Origin: Kiritimatiellia bacterium
GTDB lineage: Bacteria; Verrucomicrobiota; Kiritimatiellia; RFP12; UBA1067
Length of the DNA stretch: 33,347 nt
Assembly (NCBI GenBank): GCA_017628165.1
Contig: JAGBZQ010000123.1
Location: forward strand, 1-33,347
Reading direction: 5' to 3'
Under the pieces are notes generated by a model. That model did not search any database. It saw nothing but the letters and a program-made list of their open reading frames with translations, and was not told the DNA's origin. Positions within the stretch are counted from its first letter, which is position 1. The number at the start of each line of letters is the position of its first letter. Below, in pieces: positions 1 through 7,096 of this stretch. Made by a program: the position numbers and the translations under genes.

Positions 1-1809
1 ACCTCCGGCCGTTATTTCTGGGCCAATTGGTATTATGTAAAGCTGTTTGATGGGAATGGCAATGAACTCATAAATCTTGTGCCGGCATTGGTTGGCAGCG
101 GAAACACACAGAAGACTGTATTTTACGATACGGTTTCTAAGCGGTGTTTCTCCAATTCCGGTTCCGGTTCGCTCTCGTGCGGTCCGCTTTCAGACGATGG
201 TTCTTTACCGAGCGTAACAAATACAATTGAGAGCCTCTTGGCATATTCGCTTGCCAACAGCCACATAAGAGAAGCCACATGGACCGGGGGAGGCGTTACC
301 GCATTGATTTCCGAGCCGAAGAACTGGGATCCAAATCTTCCCGGAGAAGCAACCACGGTGAATATTCCGAGGACGGAAGAGCCGAAGATTCCAGAGGTTT
401 CAGAAGGCATTACAAGATACAGTAGTCTGTTGCTCGGAATCGACGGTGAGGCTACTATGTATCAGAAGCAGGGCACATTGCAGCTTCTTGCGGCGAATCC
501 GATGATCATTGGAAAGGGAGTCGGCAATGCCGGTGTCTATGATATTTCAGGCGGGACACTTTACTGCTCCGGTCTTGGGGATAGTTATTTGGAAGTTGGA
601 GTCGACGGCGGAAACGGGAGCCTTCATGTGAACGGAGGAGAGGTGGAATGCCAATATCTCCGCTTTGGAGAAAACAAAGAGAGTGATATTTTTTCCACGG
701 CATCGCTTAAGATCAGCGGTGAAGGATTGCTGCGCTCCAGCAAGGACGTCATACTTGGAAGCTCCGGCAAATCGAATTGCAATGTCGTGCACGAGTCTGG
801 AACGCTTGATGTAGGAGTTATGTTATATATGGCATATACGTCTAATTCTGAAAAGATATCCAACGCTAAGGCAACGTATGAGATGAAAGGCGGTTTGTTG
901 AAGGTAAAGGATTCAATTATTGTGGGTCAGTACGGGGAAGGAGAGTTTCGTTTAAGCGGTGGAACTGTTGAGGCAATGGTTGATCTTGCTGTTGGCGGGG
1001 AAAAGGGGGACGCGTATGGTATTCATCAAGGTGGCAAAAATGGCGCAAAGGGCTACATGGAAATGAGGGGCGGCACGGTCACGGTCAAGAAATACGCGCA
1101 TTTTGGAGCGTCAGGCAAGGGAGATTTCGTTCTGCATGGCGGAAAATTTTTCTGCGAGGCTTTGGCTACAATCGGTCGATTTAGGCATGGAGAAGGAACG
1201 TGTACTTTGAACGGAGGCGAGTTTAAATCTAAAGACGGCATCTATATCGGCGAGAATGGTCAAGGCGTATTGACCATCAACGAGTTAGGATTGTTCAATG
1301 CATACGGCGATGGAGGAGGGATTACGATAGGAGCTCATAATTATCATGGGACCGGAAACGGCTCGCTTAAACTCCAAGGCGGCAAGATCATCACAAAGTT
1401 CATAAAGAAAGGTGAGGGTACTGTCAACGGCGTAGAGTTTGACGGCGGCACCATTGAGGCCAAGGCGGATGCGATGGATTTCCTTTGCGATCTTGGAGAA
1501 ATCCAGCTGAAAGAGGGTGGAGTTGTCATTGATACCAAGGGAAAGAATATCGGAATCAGGAATTGCACATTCAAGGTGTCCGGTGGCGGAAAAATCAGAG
1601 TTCTTGGCGGCGGTAGCGTGACATTTGAAAATGTTGCGGTGAAATTCGACGGGACGCCTGCGGGCACATACGTTTTCGCAGAGTATGAAGGCGAAGGAGG
1701 CGAGTTCAAGGACGCCTCAACGATAACTTCCCGGAGGAACGTCAAGGTTTCTGACGGAGGGAGAAAAATCACTCTCGTTCCGAAGGGCTTTGTCGTCATA
1801 GTTATGTGA
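1..1809 (+). CDS. Gly-rich beta-helix / autotransporter-associated beta-strand (PATR-like) repeat protein, 5' end cut by the window edge
   Basis: Frame 1 has no stop from nt 1, so the listed start at 79 is only the first start codon in the track. About a dozen degenerate 25-35 aa repeats are centred on xGG(T/E/K)hxhxx: ISGGTLYCSG, VNGGEVECQY, MKGGLLKVKD, LSGGTVEAMV, MRGGTVTVKK, LHGGKFFCEA, LNGGEFKSKD, LQGGKIITKF, FDGGTIEAKA. It ends in a short hydrophobic tail, KGFVVIVM. Confidence 0.6.
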   Translation, partial: TSGRYFWANWYYVKLFDGNGNELINLVPALVGSGNTQKTVFYDTVSKRCFSNSGSGSLSCGPLSDDGSLPSVTNTIESLLAYSLANSHIREATWTGGGVTALISEPKNWDPNLPGEATTVNIPRTEEPKIPEVSEGITRYSSLLLGIDGEATMYQKQGTLQLLAANPMIIGKGVGNAGVYDISGGTLYCSGLGDSYLEVGVDGGNGSLHVNGGEVECQYLRFGENKESDIFSTASLKISGEGLLRSSKDVILGSSGKSNCNVVHESGTLDVGVMLYMAYTSNSEKISNAKATYEMKGGLLKVKDSIIVGQYGEGEFRLSGGTVEAMVDLAVGGEKGDAYGIHQGGKNGAKGYMEMRGGTVTVKKYAHFGASGKGDFVLHGGKFFCEALATIGRFRHGEGTCTLNGGEFKSKDGIYIGENGQGVLTINELGLFNAYGDGGGITIGAHNYHGTGNGSLKLQGGKIITKFIKKGEGTVNGVEFDGGTIEAKADAMDFLCDLGEIQLKEGGVVIDTKGKNIGIRNCTFKVSGGGKIRVLGGGSVTFENVAVKFDGTPAGTYVFAEYEGEGGEFKDASTITSRRNVKVSDGGRKITLVPKGFVVIVM

Positions 1810-1859
1810 CGCAGGATAAAATCTGATGAAAAGCAAATGACATTACAAGAAAGAGACGG

Positions 1860-1883
1860 CTGCAAAGGTCTGGGGCTTTGCAG
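1860..1883. terminator. Hairpin between convergent genes, a possible bidirectional terminator
   Basis: Perfect 8-bp stem CTGCAAAG (1860-1867) / CTTTGCAG (1876-1883) with an 8-nt loop. It lies in the 82-nt gap between the + strand repeat protein stop (1809) and the - strand hisC stop (1892). The U-tracts are weak on both sides. Confidence 0.4.
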
Positions 1884-1891
1884 TGTTGCAA

Positions 1892-2926
1892 TCATGAGCA
1901 GGCGATGGAGTCCAAAGCCTTGAGAAGTCGTGTCATCTCTTCGTCTGTTCCAATAGTAATGCGCAGGCGCCCGCCGGTAAGCTCACCTGGGAAATAACGG
2001 ACAAAGATGTTTTTTTTCTTGAGTGCGGCAAAGATATCTGCTGCAGATCCTTTGGGGGGCTTTGCGAAGACAAAGTTGGCCTCGCTCGGAATCACATCCC
2101 ATCCGCGCTTTACAAGCTCTTTCGTGAAGAACTTGCGCGTTTTGATTACTTTTGAGACTGTCTTTTTGTGATAGGCCCTGTCTTTAAGCGCGGCAAGCGC
2201 AACGGACTGGGCAATCGCATCTACATTATATGAATCTTTGATTTTGTAGAGCGCTTCGATCAAATCTTTTGGCCCTATGCAGAAACCGACGCGAAGCCCG
2301 GCAAGCGAGTAGCTCTTTGAGAGCGTTCTCATGACAATGATATTTTTGTTCTTTGGCGCTGTGGCCAACGACATGCAGTTTACTTTCGCAAAGTCGGCGT
2401 ACGCTTCGTCTACAATGACCACGCCCTTGAAATTTCGCGCAAAGAGTGCGATGTCTTGAGGCTTAGCCAGCTCGCCTGTAGGTGCGTTTGGATTCGTCCA
2501 GAGGAAAAGCGAGGAGTTCTCGGGAATGCGAATCTTTCCGCCGATTGGAGACCCCGCCCATTCAACATCTCTTATCGCCGCAAGCGTTTTATAGAGTGAA
2601 TAGCTGGGATTGAGCGAGGCTATGATTTCATTGTTCTCCACGAAAGCCTTGGCTGATAGCGAGAGGATTTCATCAGATCCATTCCCGACAAAGACATTTT
2701 CTGTTTTTGCGCCTGTGATTTTTGCAATCTCTTCGCGCAGAGCCATGAAGACGGGATCAGGGTAGCGGCGAAGCCTGTCTAGATCAAACGATGCGAGAGT
2801 TTTCGCGCACTTAGGCGAAGGCGGATAGGGGTTTTCGTTTGTGTTGAGCTTGATTACCGCTTTTGATTTGGGCTGCTCGCCGGGTGTGTATGCCTCAAGG
2901 CGCTTTGTTGATTCTGTAATTCTCAT
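1892..2926 (-). CDS. hisC: Histidinol-phosphate aminotransferase
   Basis: 344 aa. N-terminal LNTNENPYPPSP, PLP-lysine region RTLSKSYSLAGLRVGF, and VVIVDEAYADF, all typical of class-II aminotransferase HisC. Confidence 0.9.
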   Translation of the reverse strand: MRITESTKRLEAYTPGEQPKSKAVIKLNTNENPYPPSPKCAKTLASFDLDRLRRYPDPVFMALREEIAKITGAKTENVFVGNGSDEILSLSAKAFVENNEIIASLNPSYSLYKTLAAIRDVEWAGSPIGGKIRIPENSSLFLWTNPNAPTGELAKPQDIALFARNFKGVVIVDEAYADFAKVNCMSLATAPKNKNIIVMRTLSKSYSLAGLRVGFCIGPKDLIEALYKIKDSYNVDAIAQSVALAALKDRAYHKKTVSKVIKTRKFFTKELVKRGWDVIPSEANFVFAKPPKGSAADIFAALKKKNIFVRYFPGELTGGRLRITIGTDEEMTRLLKALDSIACS

Positions 2927-2935
2927 GTGATGGCC

Positions 2936-3307
2936 TTATTCTTCGGTGTCCATATCCTCAAGGGTTAGCTCGGCGCTGGTGTGGATTACATGGCGCTTGA
3001 AAAGGATTATGAATACGCTTTCGTCTGTCCATGAACTTTTGATGGATTTGATTGATTTGGCTTTTCGTTCCGTGGCGGCAAAATCAAGCATTTTAGCGTT
3101 ATTTTCCACCGTGGCGGTCTCTTTGAAAAGTTTGCAGCCGAATTCGTTCGGACGATCTGGATTCCCCGACGCGATCGGGATGAAGTTGAAGAGATACCAT
3201 CCGGAATTTTTTATGTCAACCATGGCCCGCCCGCCGGCATCGCTGTAATCCACCGAGGCGCATCCAGAGACGGCCAGAATCGCTATAAAAAGCAGTGCGT
3301 ATTTCAT
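2936..3307 (-). CDS. Small lipoprotein, unknown family (paralog A)
   Basis: 123 aa. Signal peptide with lipobox (MKYALLFIAILAVSGC). Shares the GWYLFNFIPIASGN core with the upstream paralog. Its start overlaps the upstream gene's stop by 4 nt. Confidence 0.7.
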   Translation of the reverse strand: MKYALLFIAILAVSGCASVDYSDAGGRAMVDIKNSGWYLFNFIPIASGNPDRPNEFGCKLFKETATVENNAKMLDFAATERKAKSIKSIKSSWTDESVFIILFKRHVIHTSAELTLEDMDTEE

Positions 3308-3726
3308 TTTACGGACTCCTTTTTGTCAACAAGAACACCGGAAAGCTGAATCTCCCGATACGTTAGAAGATACGGTATCGGGACAGGAATGTTGGATCCT
3401 GGAATTTCAAACATGACGCTGTCGTATGATGTGTACGTGAGGTTTTTCACGTCTTTTTTCATTCCGTTTACGTATTCCATGAAGCGCGTCTGCACTTTCC
3501 CCATAGTGACGTCGTTGCGGAAGATGACCCACGGCATAAGAGGCGCGGTATTCGTGTTGCCGCAAGCAAGGGGGATGAAATCGAAAAGGTACCAGCCGTA
3601 GTTGGAGGCCAGGACATGCTCTTCGCCGGTAGTCCAAATGTGGCCACGTTCAATGGAAAAACATCCCGCCAGGCAAAGTGCGGCGAGAAGGACGGCTGTT
3701 CTTGAGATGGTGAGGATATCTTTCAT
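3304..3726 (-). CDS. Small lipoprotein, unknown family (paralog B)
   Basis: 140 aa. Signal peptide with a perfect lipobox (LLAALCLAGC). Carries the GWYLFDFIPLACGN core shared with paralog A. Confidence 0.7.
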   Translation of the reverse strand: MKDILTISRTAVLLAALCLAGCFSIERGHIWTTGEEHVLASNYGWYLFDFIPLACGNTNTAPLMPWVIFRNDVTMGKVQTRFMEYVNGMKKDVKNLTYTSYDSVMFEIPGSNIPVPIPYLLTYREIQLSGVLVDKKESVK

Positions 3727-3735
3727 GTGCTTGAT

Positions 3736-3764
3736 ATTATATCTTTTGCAAAGAGAGTGCGCAA
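3736..3764 (-). promoter_or_regulatory. Putative sigma-70 promoter for the lipoprotein-lipoprotein-hisC operon
   Basis: On the minus strand it reads TTGCGC (3764-3759), a 17-nt spacer, then TATAAT (3741-3736). The -10 ends 9 nt before the ATG at 3726, there is no SD, and the leader would be very short. Confidence 0.4.
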
Positions 3765-3776
3765 GGGGGCGAAATT

Positions 3777-3785
3777 TGGTATACT
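3777..3785 (+). promoter_or_regulatory. Extended -10 promoter TGGTATACT upstream of the carboxyltransferase gene
   Basis: TGnTATACT at 3777-3785. The ATG at 3794 is 8 nt past the hexamer and has no SD, so the predicted transcript is leaderless or nearly so. Confidence 0.45.
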
Positions 3786-3793
3786 ACATAAAT

Positions 3794-5500
3794 ATGAAAG
3801 CATCTTCTATAAAAAAAATCCGTATTACTGATACGACATTGCGCGATGCGCACCAGTCTCTTTGGGCCACGCGCATGCGCACAGACGATATTCTCAAGAT
3901 CGCATCCGAGATCGATGATGCGGGGTATTACTCGCTTGAGTGCTGGGGCGGAGCCACGTTTGACGTGTGCATGCGCTTTCTCCGCGAGAACCCGTGGGAG
4001 CGTTTGAGACTCATCAAGAAGGCTTGTCCCAAGACGCCTTTGCAGATGCTTCTCAGAGGCCAGAACATTCTCGGATACAAGCATTATCCGGACGATATTG
4101 TGGATCGCTTCGTAGCGCTCGCTTGCGAGAACGGAATGGATATCTTTCGCGTATTTGACGCTTTGAACGATCCGCGCAATCTTGAAGTGGCCATAGCAAG
4201 CGTCAAGAAGTACGGCGGGCACGCGCAAGGTACGATTTGTTACACCACATCTCCTGTCCACACGGTGGAAAACTATGTGAAGCTCGCCAAGGAGCAGGAG
4301 GCGATGGGCGTTGATTCTCTCGCCATCAAGGATATGGCCGGCATTCTTACCCCCGGCGATGCGCGCGAGCTCGTGGCGGCGCTCGTAAAGGCAATGCCTG
4401 AAATGCCTATTCAGATCCACTCCCACATGACGAGCGGAATGGCCGCCGCCATGTATATGGCCGCTGCCGAAGCGGGAGCTGGCTGTGTGGATTGTGCGAT
4501 TTCAACGATGAGCTCGTTCTCTTCGCAGCCTCCTACGGAAACGATTGTGTCTATCCTCGAGTCCGAGGGCTTCTCCACAGGGCTCGATAAAGAGAAGCTC
4601 GTTAAGATCAACGCTTACTTCAAGGACCTTAAGAAGAAGCGCCAGCCGCCGTCCTCTTCCAAGGTGGAGGCCGTGGATGCCGGTGTTCTCGTTCACGCCA
4701 TCCCTGGCGGAATGATTTCCAATTTGAGAAGTCAGCTTGCGCAGCAGGATGCGCTTGACAGGATAGATGAGGTTCTTGCCGAGCTTCCCTGCGCGCGCGC
4801 GGATCTCGGCTATCCTCCGCTCGTCACGCCCACTTCGCAGATCGTCGGCGTCCAGAGTGTTCTCAACGTTCTCTCCGGCAAGCGCTATTCGATGGTTACG
4901 GACGAGACGAAAAAGTATGCCGCAGGCTATTACGGCCGTACGCCTGCGCCTATCGATCCGAAGCTCCGCAAGAAGCTGTGCGGCGGCCTTAAGGCGATAG
5001 ACTGCCGTCCGGCGGATCTGCTTAAGCCTGGGCTTGCCGCTGCTGCCGAAGAGCTTCCGCCGAATACGATTCAGGCGGAGGAGGATATCCTTTCCTATGC
5101 GCTCTTCCCGGAAGTCGCGCTCGGGTATTTCAAGTGGCGCAACGCCGATCCCTCCAAGCGCGAGCCTATCCCGGCCGATGTCGAGGAGGCTTCCGCCGCT
5201 GCCGAGGCGCCGGCCGTCAAGACCGCCGCCGCCGCGGGAGGATCAAAGAGCGCTGCTCCTCAGGTGAATGGCACGCCTGTTCTTGCTCCGCTCAACGGCA
5301 CGTTCTACCGCAGCGACGCTCCCGGAAAACCTGACATGGCGGCCGACGGAGCCTCTGTTAAAGCAGGCGATGCCGTCTGTGTTGTGGAGGCCATGAAGCT
5401 TTTCAACCCGATCAAGGCGCCTCAGGCCGGTAAGATCACCTTTATGGCCGAGCACGGCAAGCCGGTTTCCAAGGGGCAGGTTGTAGCCGTTATCGCGTAA
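3794..5500 (+). CDS. Biotin-dependent carboxyltransferase 5S subunit with a C-terminal biotinyl domain (oxaloacetate decarboxylase alpha / pyruvate carboxylase subunit B type)
   Basis: Start moved to the ATG at 3794 (MKASSIKKIRITDTTLRDAHQSLWATRM). The track's 3602 start would run across the divergent promoter and the opposite-strand gene. Motifs: LECWGGATFD, PLQMLLRGQN, an Ala/Pro-rich linker, and the biotin attachment site VVEAMKLFN. Confidence 0.85.
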   Translation: MKASSIKKIRITDTTLRDAHQSLWATRMRTDDILKIASEIDDAGYYSLECWGGATFDVCMRFLRENPWERLRLIKKACPKTPLQMLLRGQNILGYKHYPDDIVDRFVALACENGMDIFRVFDALNDPRNLEVAIASVKKYGGHAQGTICYTTSPVHTVENYVKLAKEQEAMGVDSLAIKDMAGILTPGDARELVAALVKAMPEMPIQIHSHMTSGMAAAMYMAAAEAGAGCVDCAISTMSSFSSQPPTETIVSILESEGFSTGLDKEKLVKINAYFKDLKKKRQPPSSSKVEAVDAGVLVHAIPGGMISNLRSQLAQQDALDRIDEVLAELPCARADLGYPPLVTPTSQIVGVQSVLNVLSGKRYSMVTDETKKYAAGYYGRTPAPIDPKLRKKLCGGLKAIDCRPADLLKPGLAAAAEELPPNTIQAEEDILSYALFPEVALGYFKWRNADPSKREPIPADVEEASAAAEAPAVKTAAAAGGSKSAAPQVNGTPVLAPLNGTFYRSDAPGKPDMAADGASVKAGDAVCVVEAMKLFNPIKAPQAGKITFMAEHGKPVSKGQVVAVIA

Positions 5501-5506
5501 TAGTTC

Positions 5507-5515
5507 TGGCATAAT
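5507..5515 (+). promoter_or_regulatory. Possible internal extended -10 element TGGCATAAT ahead of glgA
   Basis: TGnCATAAT lies in the 32-nt pycB/oadA-glgA gap. It is weakly supported because the predicted TSS would fall inside the GGAGGG SD. Confidence 0.2.
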
Positions 5516-5532
5516 CCGTGGAGGGTTGAGTG

Positions 5533-7044
5533 ATGGCAAAGAAAACGAAAAATCCGAGAATCCTTATCGTAACACCTGAGATTACATATCTTCCCGAGGG
5601 GATGGGTAATCTCTCAGGCAAGATGTCCGCCAAGGCGGGCGGTATGGCGGATGTTTCAGCTTCGCTCGTCGCGGCTCTCTACGAGCTTGGTGCAGATGTG
5701 CATGTGGCGCTTCCGCATTATAGGCGGATGTTTCATGAGGAGACGGCTAAGCTTGTGGCGGAGGAGCTTCGCAAGTACAAGAGCCATCTTCCTGATGAGC
5801 GCATCCATCTTGCGGAGGATCGCTGCTTCTATTACCGTGATACCGTGTATGACCGCGGAGACGGCAATATCAAGTTGGCGCTTGCGTTTCAGCGTGAAGT
5901 CATCAACCACTGCATCCCGTATGTGCAGCCTGACCTCATCCACTGTAACGATTGGATGACAGGGCTTATTCCCGCGGCCGCGCGCCGCATGGGGATCCCT
6001 TGCCTTTTCACGGTGCACAACATTCACACGCAGAAGCTTCTGCTTGATGCCGTGGAGGATATGGGGATTGATGCTGCCGAGTTCTGGAGCAATCTTTATT
6101 ATAGCTATCCGCCATACAGCTATGAGGAGTCCCGCAGCCGCAACCAGATCGACCTTCAGGCGTCAGGTTGCTTCGCGGCGCACTTCATCAATACCGTCTC
6201 GCCCACATTTCTCAGGGAGATTGTAGACGGCTGGCATTCGTTCGTTCCGGATTCCATCCGCAACGAGATTCGCAACAAGTACAACGCAGGCTGCGCGAGC
6301 GGCATTCTGAACGCGCCCGATCCGGTGGATAATCCCGCTACGGACGATAAAATTCCATTCAAGTACGGTCCTGAGGATCATTGGGAGATGAAGCGTCGCA
6401 ACAAAGTGGCTCTTCAGCATGCGCTTGGTCTTGAGGAGAATCCCGATGCTCCGCTTTTCTTTTGGCCAAGCCGCCTTGATCCTGTTCAGAAGGGGCCTCA
6501 GCTTCTTACAGACATCACGTACAAGTTCCTTGAGAAGCATCATTCCATCGGAGCGCAGATTGCTGTTGTCGCCAACGGTCCGTATCAGCAGGCCTTCTGG
6601 GATATCCGCACTTTTCATGGCATAGGGAGCCGTCTTGCGGTCCATAATTTCGACGCCCGTCTTTCGCAGCTCGGATTTGCCGCGTCCGATTTCACATTTA
6701 TGCCTTCGCTCTTTGAGCCTTGCGGTCTTCCGCAGATGCAGGCGCCTATTTACGGCTCTCTTGCCGTGGCGCACAATACGGGTGGGCTTCACGATACGGT
6801 GGATATGCTCGACTGGGGCGCTTCGCGCGGCAATGGCTTTGTTTTCGACAATTACGATTCCAACGGCCTTATGTGGGCGATGGACAAGGCGATAGAGTTT
6901 TTCTGTCTTCCGCGGGAAATCCGCGAGCGCGAAGTCCGGCGCATTATGGGTGAGTCGCTTCAGCGCTTTAGCCACAAGGAGTGTGCGCGGCAGTATATTG
7001 AACTTTACGAAAAGATGCTCGATCGTCCGCTCGTCGGCCGCTGA
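5533..7044 (+). CDS. glgA: Glycogen/starch synthase family glycosyltransferase (GT5)
   Basis: N-terminal ILIVTPE...KAGGMADVSASLVAALYELGADVHVALPHY and C-terminal PSLFEPCGLPQMQAPIYGSLAVAHNTGGLHDTV. GGAGGG SD at 5520-5525. The GTG at 5530 is an alternative start. Confidence 0.8.
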   Translation: MAKKTKNPRILIVTPEITYLPEGMGNLSGKMSAKAGGMADVSASLVAALYELGADVHVALPHYRRMFHEETAKLVAEELRKYKSHLPDERIHLAEDRCFYYRDTVYDRGDGNIKLALAFQREVINHCIPYVQPDLIHCNDWMTGLIPAAARRMGIPCLFTVHNIHTQKLLLDAVEDMGIDAAEFWSNLYYSYPPYSYEESRSRNQIDLQASGCFAAHFINTVSPTFLREIVDGWHSFVPDSIRNEIRNKYNAGCASGILNAPDPVDNPATDDKIPFKYGPEDHWEMKRRNKVALQHALGLEENPDAPLFFWPSRLDPVQKGPQLLTDITYKFLEKHHSIGAQIAVVANGPYQQAFWDIRTFHGIGSRLAVHNFDARLSQLGFAASDFTFMPSLFEPCGLPQMQAPIYGSLAVAHNTGGLHDTVDMLDWGASRGNGFVFDNYDSNGLMWAMDKAIEFFCLPREIREREVRRIMGESLQRFSHKECARQYIELYEKMLDRPLVGR

Positions 7045-7096
7045 GGATATTGAAATCGCACCTTGAAGAAAAGGTGTTTACGGTAAAAAGCGCATC

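Noticed and set aside
3602-3793. The N-terminal 64-codon extension of the carboxyltransferase ORF in the track
   Set aside because: The extension overlaps the opposite-strand lipoprotein gene and the divergent promoter region and has no family similarity. The conserved protein begins at the ATG at 3794. The same applies to three other extensions in the track: 12999-13040 (ntpK), 13312-13500 (the membrane protein) and 23118-23339 (mazG). Each overlaps the upstream gene in another frame.
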